From contig JBJEHM010000023.1 of the NCBI GenBank assembly GCA_051876075.1, forward strand, positions 6,114 to 70,113: a stretch of DNA of 64,000 bases, read 5' to 3'. Numbering within the stretch: the stretch's first letter is position 1; each line of letters starts with the position of its first letter. The notes under the pieces are model-generated. The model was given only the letters and a program-made list of their open reading frames with translations. It did no database searches and was not told where the DNA came from. The DNA is from Coriobacteriales bacterium (GTDB lineage Bacteria > Actinomycetota > Coriobacteriia > Coriobacteriales > QAMH01). The translations under genes were made by a program, and so were the position numbers. Shown piece by piece: positions 18,111 through 27,347 of the stretch.

Positions 18111-19709
18111 GTGGACATCGCGGTTTTCACAGAGGCACAGGAGGCATATGCGCGGGGCGACTACAAGACCGCCCTCGTGGGCTTCTCTGCATGCAGCCAT
18201 GACGTCGAGGAGCTCTCAGACGCAGAGGCCGGCAAGTTCTTCCACCTCATCGGCAACTGCTACATAAAGAGCGGCCAGCCTGCCAAGGCCGCCGAGTACT
18301 ACGGCAAGGCCATCGAGCTTGTTGCCCCAGAGCGCCAGCCGTCGCTGCTGGTCAACCTGGGAACGGCATGCCTGTCCTCCGAGGACTACCCCAGGGCGCT
18401 GTCGGCGTTTGCGCGAGCCCTCGACTGCCCCGGCTACCCCACGCCCTACAAGGCGCTCAGCGGCATCGGGGCCGTACAGCTCAAGCTCGGTGCGATGGAG
18501 GAGGCAGGGGCTGCATACCGCGAGGCTGCCCTCGACCCCGCCAACCCCGCCCCGGGTAAGGCCCTGATCAACCTCGGCATCTGCTTCATGGGTCTCGAGC
18601 GCCCGGCAGACGCCGTCTCCACGCTGGAGACAGCGCTCGACCTGGGGCTCTCTGCCTCGAGCGCCAACAAGTGCCGCGCCTGCCTGGGCCAGGCCTACCT
18701 GGCGTGCGGCAGGGTGGCAGAGGCCGTGGCCTCTTTCGAGGCCGCCACGGCAGACGGCAGCTACCGCCTCTCCGCCGTCGCCGCCCACGACCTGGTGATG
18801 GCCCGCTCTCTGCGCGACCGCTTTGGCGCCGTGCTGGGCGGTGCGGACGAGCGCTCGCAGCAGCCAGAGCCCGCTGCCGAGGAGCCGGTGCCCGAGCCGG
18901 AGCCTGCCCCCGCCGAGCCAGCCGAGCTGCCCGCTTCAGAGGAGCCCGAGCCCCAGCCAGAGCAACCTCTGGAGGAGGAGCCCGCAGACAACGATGCCAT
19001 GTGGGAGCCTTCCCCGCTCGTGCAAGACGAGACCGATGCCGTTCAGGAGCAGGATCCCGGGGAAGAGCCCGGAGAGGAGCAGCCCGCGGATATCTCCGAG
19101 GCTGTGACCGAGACCTTCCCCGTCATCTCCCTGCCTGCTGAAGACGAGCCCGAGCTGGTCCAGGAGGCCCCCGAGGAGGCAGGGGAGCTCCCCGAGGTGC
19201 CCGAGCAGCTCCAGGAGGACACCCTCATCCCCAGCCCCGAGGACACCGCCTTCTTCACCATCACAGAGGAGGCTATCGAGCAGGCCGCCAAGGAAGAGCG
19301 CCGCAAGGCGCGCAAGGGCAACCGCGGGCTCAAGGTGGCGCTCGGCGTCGTCGTCGTCCTCATCCTGTTGGCCGCCGCCGCAGCCTTTGCCTACGTGCGC
19401 GGCTACGGCTATCCCCTGCAGGAGCAGGTTGCCCAGCGCTTCCTGGATGCCGCGATCGCTCAAGAGAGCACGGATGCCTACTGGAACGAGTCCGTGACCC
19501 AGGAGTCGCGCGAGTCGCAGATGGCTGTGCTCGAGGGCATCGAGTCCTACAAGGTGGCTGCAGTCGAGCGCGGGCTCTCTAACAGCACCGTTTACGTCGA
19601 GGCCGTCCTCGAAGAGGGAGGCACCGCATACTACGAGGTTATGATGGGGCGCGACCTCATCAGCTGGGACATCGAATATGTTGAGCTGTACTTCCCCAGC
19701 GAGCACTAG
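18111..19709 (+). CDS. TPR-repeat membrane protein with acidic Glu/Pro linker, single TM helix and short extracellular domain
   Basis: Repeated TPR-like helices in the N-terminal ~230 aa, E/P-rich linker, and hydrophobic VALGVVVVLILLAAAAAFAYV preceded by a basic patch. Confidence 0.8.
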   Translation: MDIAVFTEAQEAYARGDYKTALVGFSACSHDVEELSDAEAGKFFHLIGNCYIKSGQPAKAAEYYGKAIELVAPERQPSLLVNLGTACLSSEDYPRALSAFARALDCPGYPTPYKALSGIGAVQLKLGAMEEAGAAYREAALDPANPAPGKALINLGICFMGLERPADAVSTLETALDLGLSASSANKCRACLGQAYLACGRVAEAVASFEAATADGSYRLSAVAAHDLVMARSLRDRFGAVLGGADERSQQPEPAAEEPVPEPEPAPAEPAELPASEEPEPQPEQPLEEEPADNDAMWEPSPLVQDETDAVQEQDPGEEPGEEQPADISEAVTETFPVISLPAEDEPELVQEAPEEAGELPEVPEQLQEDTLIPSPEDTAFFTITEEAIEQAAKEERRKARKGNRGLKVALGVVVVLILLAAAAAFAYVRGYGYPLQEQVAQRFLDAAIAQESTDAYWNESVTQESRESQMAVLEGIESYKVAAVERGLSNSTVYVEAVLEEGGTAYYEVMMGRDLISWDIEYVELYFPSEH

Positions 19710-19790
19710 CTCGCGGGTGGTAGATGGCGGCAAGGCACGTGCTGAGCTGCCTTTGAACGATAGGGAACACGTATGAAAGGAGCCATCTAG

Positions 19791-20198
19791 ATGGCCATCG
19801 AGAAGACTTACAACATGATCAAGCCCGACGGCGTCCGCAACGGCCACATCGGAGAGATCATCACCCGCATCGAGCGCGTTGGCCTGACCATCGAGCGCAT
19901 GGAGCTCGGCATGGTCACCATGGAGGAGGCCGAGGCCAACTACGGCGAGCACAAGGGCAAGCCCTTCTACGAGGGCCTCATCTCCTACATCACCTCCGGC
20001 CCCGTTGTGAAGATGGTCGTCTCTGGCGAAAACGCCGTTGCCACCATGCGCAAGCTCATGGGCGCCACCAACTGCGCAGAGGCTGCCCCCGGCACCATCC
20101 GCGGCGACTTTGGCCTGACTGTTGACGAGAACGTCATCCACGGCTCCGACTCCGTCGCCTCTGCGGAGCGCGAGATCAAGGTGTTCTTCGGCGAGTAG
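19791..20198 (+). CDS. ndk: Nucleoside diphosphate kinase
   Basis: MIKPDGV, PGTIRGDF, NVIHGSDS active-site His. Confidence 0.97.
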   Translation: MAIEKTYNMIKPDGVRNGHIGEIITRIERVGLTIERMELGMVTMEEAEANYGEHKGKPFYEGLISYITSGPVVKMVVSGENAVATMRKLMGATNCAEAAPGTIRGDFGLTVDENVIHGSDSVASAEREIKVFFGE

Positions 20199-20223
20199 GC
20201 CTGAGCCTGCACAAAGCCCCATG

Positions 20224-20257
20224 CGAGGGGCCGCTGCCCGGGTGCAGCGGCCCCTCG
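20224..20257 (+). terminator. Terminator after ndk
   Basis: CGAGGGGCCGCTGC / GCAGCGGCCCCTCG 14-bp stem followed by TTGTT. Confidence 0.75.
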
Positions 20258-20348
20258 TTGTTCACAGGGTCTCCATTGGCCCTGCCTGTGTCCCTCTGTT
20301 AGTATTAGCCTTTGCAACACCCTGCACTTGATTAGAGAAAGGGCGACT

Positions 20349-21398
20349 ATGTCGCTATTCGACTCGCTATTCGGCAACTTTGGCAACGACATGGCCATCG
20401 ACCTGGGCACCGCTAACACCCTGGTCTCTGTCCGCGGCCAGGGCATCGTCATCAACGAGCCCTCCGTTGTCGCCATCGACCAATCCCAGCAGCGCGTGCT
20501 CGCTGTTGGTGCAGAGGCCAAGGAGATGCTCGGCCGCACCCCGGGCAACATCGTCGCCATGAGGCCCCTCAAAGACGGCGTCATCGCAGACTTCGACACC
20601 ACCGAGGCCATGCTGCGCTATTTCATCAGCAAGGCGCAGGGCCGCCGCATGCCCTGGAGCGCCAAGCCCCGCGTTGTCGTGTGCGTTCCCAGTGGGGTCA
20701 CCAGCGTGGAGAAGCGCGCTGTCTTCGAGGCCACCATCACCGCAGGCGCCCGCCAGTGCTTCTTGATCGAGGAGCCCATGGCGGCTGCCATCGGCGCGGG
20801 CCTGCCCGTCGAGAGCCCCACCGGCTCCATGGTCGTCGACATCGGCGGCGGCACCACGGAGGTTGCCGTCATCTCGCTCGGCGGCATCGTCAACGCCACC
20901 TCCATCCGCGTTGCGGGCGACGCCTTCGACACCGCGGTGGTGCAGTATGCCAAGACGCACTACAACCTCGCCATCGGCGAGCGCACGGCAGAGGAGATCA
21001 AGATCACCATCGGCTCTGCGGCCCCCCTGGTCGAAGAAGTCGACGTCGAGGTCCGCGGCCGAGACCTGCTCAGCGGCCTTCCTCGCACGGTGCGCATCGA
21101 AAGCGAGGACGTGCGCGAGGCACTCGAGGAGCCCGTTGCCAAGATGATCCAGGCGGTGAAGGACACCCTTGACGAGACTCCGCCCGACCTCGCAAGCGAC
21201 CTCATGGAGTACGGCATCACCCTCACCGGCGGCGGTGGCCTGCTCAGGGGCCTCGACGAGCGCCTCCGCAAGGAGATCGGCATTCCCGTCCATGTCTCAG
21301 AGACCGCCCTCATCAACGTGGTCGAGGGCTGTGCCGCGGTGCTGGAGTCCCCGGACTTCCTCGCACAGGGGACCCAGGGCGTGGGTCAGCGCAGATAG
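20349..21398 (+). CDS. mreB: Rod shape-determining actin MreB
   Basis: DMAIDLGTANT, IEEPMAAAIGAG, DIGGGTTE, LTGGGGLL. Confidence 0.97.
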   Translation: MSLFDSLFGNFGNDMAIDLGTANTLVSVRGQGIVINEPSVVAIDQSQQRVLAVGAEAKEMLGRTPGNIVAMRPLKDGVIADFDTTEAMLRYFISKAQGRRMPWSAKPRVVVCVPSGVTSVEKRAVFEATITAGARQCFLIEEPMAAAIGAGLPVESPTGSMVVDIGGGTTEVAVISLGGIVNATSIRVAGDAFDTAVVQYAKTHYNLAIGERTAEEIKITIGSAAPLVEEVDVEVRGRDLLSGLPRTVRIESEDVREALEEPVAKMIQAVKDTLDETPPDLASDLMEYGITLTGGGGLLRGLDERLRKEIGIPVHVSETALINVVEGCAAVLESPDFLAQGTQGVGQRR

Positions 21399-21407
21399 GC
21401 TTCCTCG

Positions 21408-22436
21408 ATGCCGGGCTTGAGCTTCTCAAACCAGAATCAACCGAGGCGACCGGGTGGATGGATTATCCCGGTCGTCTTGGTTGTTGTGTCCGTTCTCCTG
21501 ATGACCGTGTCTGTCCGCATGGACAACGGCGGCGTCTTCGGGGTCGTGCGCAGCGCAGTCCATGCCGTGGCATCGCCCCTTCAAGAGCTGAGCTCCGTTA
21601 TCTCCACGCCCTTCAAGGCGCTCAGCGCCGAGCCAGACGGCACTGCGGGCATGAGCGAGGAGGACGTGTCTGCCCTCAAGCAAGAAAACGAGCAGCTCAG
21701 GGTGCTCGTAGCCCAGCTCGAGGAGTACCGCCAGCAAGACCAGCGCCTCACCGCGCTGCTGGGCCTGTCCGACAGCTATGGGCTCGAGACGGTTTCTGGC
21801 AGGGTCCTCAACGTCAAGAGCGGCTGGGACCATACGGCGACCATCAGCGTTGGCAGCGACGACGGCGTGCGTGTGGGCATGGGCGTCATGAGCTCCTGCG
21901 GGCTCTACGGCCAGGTGGAGAGCGTGAGCGCCAGCACATCGGTGGTGCGCCTCATCACAGACGCAGACAGCAGCGTCTCTGCCATGATTCAGGGAACCAG
22001 GGCTACTGGCATCATCACCGGCTCCTATGACGGCACGCTGATCATGGAGTACGTGAGCGTTGACAGCTCGGTGGGCGAGGGAGACATCGTCATCACTTCC
22101 GGTGCGGGCGGCAGCTATCCGCGTGGCATCGTGGTGGGCACCGTGGGCTCGGTGGAGAAGGACTCCTCCAAGATGTACTACCGCATCATCGTCAACCCCA
22201 TCTCCTCCATTCGCAACTGCGAGGAGGTGCTGGTGCTCACGGGCAACGAGGACTCCACCAAGAGCTTGGTTGACAAGGAGTTCCTTGAGAGCATCCTCGC
22301 CCCGGTTATGGGCAGCTCCTCGGCACAGGGCGGCGACGGCAGCCAAGGAGACGGAGGCCAGGGCGATCAGGGCGACGGAGACCAGGGTGGCGACGGTGGC
22401 CAAGACCCGCAGCCCCAGCCGGGGGAGGGAGAGTAG
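21408..22436 (+). CDS. mreC: Rod shape-determining protein MreC with Gly/Asp/Gln low-complexity tail
   Basis: N-terminal TM helix, coiled coil LKQENEQLR, GD.VITSG.GG.YP.GI.VG.V; operon position. Confidence 0.93.
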   Translation: MPGLSFSNQNQPRRPGGWIIPVVLVVVSVLLMTVSVRMDNGGVFGVVRSAVHAVASPLQELSSVISTPFKALSAEPDGTAGMSEEDVSALKQENEQLRVLVAQLEEYRQQDQRLTALLGLSDSYGLETVSGRVLNVKSGWDHTATISVGSDDGVRVGMGVMSSCGLYGQVESVSASTSVVRLITDADSSVSAMIQGTRATGIITGSYDGTLIMEYVSVDSSVGEGDIVITSGAGGSYPRGIVVGTVGSVEKDSSKMYYRIIVNPISSIRNCEEVLVLTGNEDSTKSLVDKEFLESILAPVMGSSSAQGGDGSQGDGGQGDQGDGDQGGDGGQDPQPQPGEGE

Positions 22437-22439
22437 CCC

Positions 22440-22976
22440 ATGGACAAGAACCTCGTCTACATCATCACGGTGGTGGTGTGCGCCCTGTTTCAGCTTGCGC
22501 TGGCCCCGGCTATCCAAGTGTTCGGCGCACTGCCCAACTTCCTCATCATCCCGGTGCTCTTCATCGGGCTGCGCTCCGGAGCGGTGGCAGGCTCGGTTGC
22601 CGGCTTTGCCCTGGGCCTGCTCTACGACTTTGCCGGAGACGGCGTGATCGGCGCGATGGCGCTCACGCTGGTCATTGCCGGCTTGGTCTGCGGCGTGCTT
22701 GGGGGCAACATGGAGACCGGACCGCTGATGGCTGCCGTCATCGGCATCGTCGTGAGCATCCTGGCGGCGCTGCTCTTCGGGCTTGCCACTGTGCTCGGCA
22801 GCTCCGCTGTAGGAGGCTCGCTGAGCACCATGGTGGGCTATGCCCTGCCATGCGGCGTCTACACAGCGCTGTTTGCCGCCGTCGGGCTTGCCACCATGTC
22901 GATGGTGACCCCGGAAGAGTCGCCTCGCATGGGCTCCGGCCTTGGGATCGGCGGCAGGGGCGGCTTCTTGGGCTAG
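22440..22976 (+). CDS. mreD: Rod shape-determining protein MreD
   Basis: Hydrophobic ~5-TM protein, PN...I and G..GF.LGLLYD; between mreC and PBP2. Confidence 0.88.
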   Translation: MDKNLVYIITVVVCALFQLALAPAIQVFGALPNFLIIPVLFIGLRSGAVAGSVAGFALGLLYDFAGDGVIGAMALTLVIAGLVCGVLGGNMETGPLMAAVIGIVVSILAALLFGLATVLGSSAVGGSLSTMVGYALPCGVYTALFAAVGLATMSMVTPEESPRMGSGLGIGGRGGFLG

Positions 22977-23022
22977 GGCCCGCCAACAGCGCAACGAGTT
23001 TCTATTTGGAGGTGATTCGCCC

Positions 23023-25062
23023 GTGACCGAGGCTGTGCGCGCATCGTTGATCGTCTTGCTGTTCATCGCGGCGATCGTCCTCATCGTCGTCGTGATTCGC
23101 TCCGGCAAGAAGCCCGGTAGCGTCTTCAAGCTCGACTCGACAAAGACCAATTCGACTATGGCGGCAACCCAGACCGTCGACAACGACTCCGTGGACGGGG
23201 AGGCTACCATGCGCCGCCGCTTCCTGGCCTTCATGGGCATTGCCGGCGCGGGCTTGGGCGCCCTGTTTGTCAAGCTGTGGTCCATGCAGGTCATCAGCGG
23301 CAGGGACTACACGGAAAAAGCCGAGCAGAACCGCATCACCGAGTACACGACGGTTGCCCCGCGCGGCCGCATCTTCGACCGCAACGGCGTGGAGCTGGTG
23401 GGCAACCGGCCCTCGTTCGCCGTGCTCATCAGCGCAGACGAGCAGTCGAACAAGAAGGTCATACGCCGTCTCTCGAACGTGCTCGGCATCCCCCGGGAAA
23501 CCGTCACCCAGCTTGCCGGCAGCTCGACGGAGGGCGCCCAGGCAGACCGCCTCATCGCCTTGGACGTAGACGAGCGCGCCGTCGCCTACATCACCGAGCA
23601 CCCCAGCGCCTTCCCGGGCGTGAGCGTGGAGGCGCGCACCGTGCGCACCTACCCCCAGGGGACCCTCGCTGCCCATGTGCTGGGGTACACGGGCACCATC
23701 AGCCAAGAGGAGCTTGCCAAGAACAACAGCGCCCACAGCTACGAGAGCGGCGACATCGTGGGCAAGGACGGCGCAGAGCAGGCTTTCGAGAGCTACCTCC
23801 AAGGGGATCGCGGCGTCAAACGCGTAGAGGTGAACGCCGCCGGAGACGTGGTGGGCACGGTCGACACCATCGACCCCACCCAGGGAAACGACGTGCGCCT
23901 CACCATCGACGCCAAGGTGCAGAAGGTTGCCGAGCAGGCGCTGCAAAAGGCGTTTGCCGATGCGGCGCGAGCCAAGTACACCAAGGCCGCGGCGGGCGCC
24001 ATCGTCTGCCTCGAGGCAAACACGGGGGAAGTCATCGCCATGGCCAGCGCGCCCACCTACGACCCTGCGGAGTTCGTGGGGGGCATCTCGTCTGACACCT
24101 GGGAGTGGCTCGTGGACGAAGACAACGAGTACCCGCTCTCCAACCGCTGCATCGCGGGCCTGTACCCCGCCGCCTCGACCTTCAAGGGCTTCACGGGCCT
24201 TGCAGGCCTCGAGTACGGCTTTGCAGACAGCGGCAGCGTCTGGAACTGCAAGGGCACGTGGACCGGCTTTGGCAAGGCATGGCCCCAGAAGTGCTGGAAC
24301 CTCGACGGCCACGGGCACATCGGCTTCTACAAGGGCATCGTCGAGTCCTGCGACGTCGTCTTCTACGAGATAGCCAAGAGGTTCTACTACTACAAGGGCT
24401 CTGACACCGTCTTGCAGGAGTACCTGCAGAGCTGGGGCTTTGGCGCCAAAACCGGCATCGAGCTCCCTGGCGAGCAAGATGGCCGCGTCCCCACCCCCAA
24501 GTGGAAGAAGGAGTACAACCGCGACGCCCCCGAGAGCCAGGCTTGGCAGCCGGGCGACGTCTCCAACCTCATCATCGGCCAGGGCGACCTGCTCGTCACG
24601 CCGCTGCAGATCGCCTGCGGCTATGCGGGCCTCGCAACGGGCACCGTCCCCAAGCCGGTGCTCCTGCGCTCCGTGATGGCTGCAGACGGCAAGACGGTCG
24701 TCGTCGACGGAGAGCGCTTCCAGGGCTCCATGCTCACGCCCCAGTACAAGGAAAAGAACCTCAAGACCATGAGGCGGGGCTTTGAGGGCGTCGTCTCAGA
24801 AGGCTCCGTGAAAGACGTCTTCAAGGGCATGGGCGTCAGCTCTGCCGGAAAGACCGGCACCGGCGAGGTCGCCGGCAAGGACAACTATGCCTGGTATGTC
24901 GGATATGCTCCCGCCAGCAAGCCCAAGTACGTGTGCGCCTGCATCATCGAGCAGGGCGGCGCCGGTGCCACCTCGGCAGCCCCAGCCGTGCGCTCGGTGC
25001 TTGCAAAGGCGCTCGGCAAGGACGCCAAGCACGTCTCTGGTGGCTCCACCCACGAGAGGTAG
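23023..25062 (+). CDS. mrdA: Penicillin-binding protein 2
   Basis: APRGRIFDRNG, S..K (ASTFK), SCD, KTG motifs; GTG after GGAGG. Confidence 0.95.
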   Translation: MTEAVRASLIVLLFIAAIVLIVVVIRSGKKPGSVFKLDSTKTNSTMAATQTVDNDSVDGEATMRRRFLAFMGIAGAGLGALFVKLWSMQVISGRDYTEKAEQNRITEYTTVAPRGRIFDRNGVELVGNRPSFAVLISADEQSNKKVIRRLSNVLGIPRETVTQLAGSSTEGAQADRLIALDVDERAVAYITEHPSAFPGVSVEARTVRTYPQGTLAAHVLGYTGTISQEELAKNNSAHSYESGDIVGKDGAEQAFESYLQGDRGVKRVEVNAAGDVVGTVDTIDPTQGNDVRLTIDAKVQKVAEQALQKAFADAARAKYTKAAAGAIVCLEANTGEVIAMASAPTYDPAEFVGGISSDTWEWLVDEDNEYPLSNRCIAGLYPAASTFKGFTGLAGLEYGFADSGSVWNCKGTWTGFGKAWPQKCWNLDGHGHIGFYKGIVESCDVVFYEIAKRFYYYKGSDTVLQEYLQSWGFGAKTGIELPGEQDGRVPTPKWKKEYNRDAPESQAWQPGDVSNLIIGQGDLLVTPLQIACGYAGLATGTVPKPVLLRSVMAADGKTVVVDGERFQGSMLTPQYKEKNLKTMRRGFEGVVSEGSVKDVFKGMGVSSAGKTGTGEVAGKDNYAWYVGYAPASKPKYVCACIIEQGGAGATSAAPAVRSVLAKALGKDAKHVSGGSTHER

Positions 25063-25067
25063 GCATT

Positions 25068-26318
25068 ATGGCACCCCTGCAGTTCTCCAACCGCATCTCA
25101 AAGCCCGCCAGCATGTCTGCGGGCGGCTCCGGCCACAAGCTCCCGCTTTCCTTCGGGGGGCTCGGGGGTGTTCTCCACGCGGTGAACATCCCCTTGCTGC
25201 TGTGCGTTGTGGCCCTGCTCGCCCTGGGTCTGGTGACGCTCTATGCGGTTACGCTCACAGACAAGGACTACTCCATCACCAAGCAGTGCATGAGCATCGG
25301 CATCGGCGTGGTGGCAGCCGCGGTTGTGTGGGCTGTCGACTACCGCAAGCTCGGGACGAGCAACGCGGCGGTTATCGGCTTGCTGGCACTCGACATCTTC
25401 GTCATCTTGCTGCCCATGACACCGCTTGGCTTTGAGTCGAACGGCGCGCGCTCGTGGATCGCTGTTGGCCCTCTCACCTTGCAGCCCTCAGAGATCGGCA
25501 AGCCCGTTACCATCGTCATGATGGCGCTCTTCGTGTCCCGCTTTGGGGGCAACATCAGCAGCGGCAAGGACTTCCTCAAGTGCGTGGGCCTGCTGCTGGT
25601 TCCGGCGGCCCTGCTCGCCAAGGAGGACCTGGGCACCGGCCTGGTCATCCTCGTCATCGGCTTTGTCATCATCTTTGTTGGCGGCGCTACCATGCGCTGG
25701 GTGCTTGTGACGCTGATGGTGTGCGCTGTGAGCGTGGCCGGGTTGCTGGTGGCCAACTACGCCGTCTCCACGTGGACGGGCGGAGAGACCCAGATCATCA
25801 AGGAATACCAGATGAGCCGCCTGCTCGTCTTCGTCGACCCAGATAACCCGGACTACGCCAACGACGCCTACAACCTCAACCAGGCTATGATCGCCATAGG
25901 CAGCGGGGAGATAACCGGCAAGGGCTGGGGCAACGCCACACAGTCCAACGGCGGCTTCTTGCCCGAGTCCGCAACCGACTTCATCTTCTGCGTCTACGCG
26001 GAGCAGTTCGGCTTTGTGGGCTCGGTGCTGCTCTTGCTGCTCTACCTGGCGCTGCTGGCCAGCGCGCTGTGGATAGGGCTTTCTGCCGGCAGCCTTGAAG
26101 GCTCGCTGATCGTGGCGGGCGTCATGGGCATGTGGCTCTTCCAGATCATAGAGAACATCGGGATGGACATCGGCCTCATGCCCATCACGGGCATCCCGCT
26201 GCCCTTCATGAGCTATGGCGGCAGCTTCATGATCGCCAACTTCATCTGCATAGGCCTGCTTATGAACGTGTGGATGCGCAGGGGTGTTGTCTCTGCAAAG
26301 GCAGCGGGGAGCGTGTAA
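25068..26318 (+). CDS. rodA: SEDS family peptidoglycan polymerase RodA
   Basis: GARSWI, QPSEIGK, DLGT, AMIAIGSG, LPESATDFIF...EQFG, GIPLPFMSYGGS. Confidence 0.95.
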   Translation: MAPLQFSNRISKPASMSAGGSGHKLPLSFGGLGGVLHAVNIPLLLCVVALLALGLVTLYAVTLTDKDYSITKQCMSIGIGVVAAAVVWAVDYRKLGTSNAAVIGLLALDIFVILLPMTPLGFESNGARSWIAVGPLTLQPSEIGKPVTIVMMALFVSRFGGNISSGKDFLKCVGLLLVPAALLAKEDLGTGLVILVIGFVIIFVGGATMRWVLVTLMVCAVSVAGLLVANYAVSTWTGGETQIIKEYQMSRLLVFVDPDNPDYANDAYNLNQAMIAIGSGEITGKGWGNATQSNGGFLPESATDFIFCVYAEQFGFVGSVLLLLLYLALLASALWIGLSAGSLEGSLIVAGVMGMWLFQIIENIGMDIGLMPITGIPLPFMSYGGSFMIANFICIGLLMNVWMRRGVVSAKAAGSV

Positions 26319-26324
26319 GAGGCC

Positions 26325-27290
26325 ATGGGAGCATCGGCAGGAAAGAAGAGAAAGCGCACGAAGAACCCGGTTGACCTGGGCAAACTGCGCGCGGCGGCAG
26401 AGGAGTACACCCAAGCCCTCGACGCCCCGCTCAACCTGAGCCTCGTCATAGACGTCACCGCCAGCGACGAGCTCATCAACTGCCTGCTCGACGAGCTGCG
26501 CACCCAGGAGCCCAAGGTCGACCTGCGCTGCACGGTGCTTGCGGCAGAGCTCCCGCAACTGAGCTGGCAGTGCGACCTGTGCTTGGTGGTTGCAGGGCAG
26601 TCGCTGCTGCTGGGCGAGCTCGTTGCCCAGGGATATGAGCACGGCGTGCCGGTGGTGGTGGCCGTGGAGGAGGGCGAGACCTTCTTTGCCCAGACCCCAC
26701 AGCAGGCCGCAGAGATCCTGGGCTTGGATGGCGGTGGCTCCGCAGACGCAGCCCCGACGGGGGTGCCACTGGACTGCATCGTCGCCGTGGAGCTCGGCGG
26801 GGCAGAGCCCCTGGGAGAGCTCGGGGCTTGGATTGCCGGCAATGCCCCTCAGGCGCGGCTGGCCCTCGCCCGGCACTTCGAGTTCTGCCGCAGGCCGGTT
26901 GCCCTCGAGCTCACCCGCATGGCCGCGCTGCTCAACGCCGGAGTGGGAGCGCTCATCATGATCCCCGGCGCCGACATGCCCGTCATCACCATGAACCAGG
27001 CCAAGATGGTGTTGCAGATCGCGGGGCTCTACGGCCAGCCGCTCGACATGGGCCGTATGCGCGAGGTGCTGGCCGTGGTGGCGGGGGCCTTTGGGCTGCG
27101 CGCCGTCGCGCGCGAGCTGGCAGATGCCGTCCCCGGCCTGGGGTGGGGGGTCAAGGGCGCTGTGGCATACTCTGGGACCATCGCCATGGGCAAGGCAGCC
27201 ATCGACTGCTTTGAGGAGGGGGGCACCCTCAACAGCTTGGGGGCAGCGATCGAGCGCGCAGCCGAGCAGCTCGCCCCCCAGGGCGAGTAG
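26325..27290 (+). CDS. DUF697/YcjF-like domain protein
   Basis: C-terminal IPGADMPVIT.NQAKMVLQIA..YG and PGLGWGVKGAVA..GT.A.G pattern. Confidence 0.65.
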   Translation: MGASAGKKRKRTKNPVDLGKLRAAAEEYTQALDAPLNLSLVIDVTASDELINCLLDELRTQEPKVDLRCTVLAAELPQLSWQCDLCLVVAGQSLLLGELVAQGYEHGVPVVVAVEEGETFFAQTPQQAAEILGLDGGGSADAAPTGVPLDCIVAVELGGAEPLGELGAWIAGNAPQARLALARHFEFCRRPVALELTRMAALLNAGVGALIMIPGADMPVITMNQAKMVLQIAGLYGQPLDMGRMREVLAVVAGAFGLRAVARELADAVPGLGWGVKGAVAYSGTIAMGKAAIDCFEEGGTLNSLGAAIERAAEQLAPQGE

Positions 27291-27347
27291 GCTCCCGTCG
27301 AGAGAGTCTGCGGGCCGTGCCCGCAGCTTGCAGAGGAAGGAAGCAGC

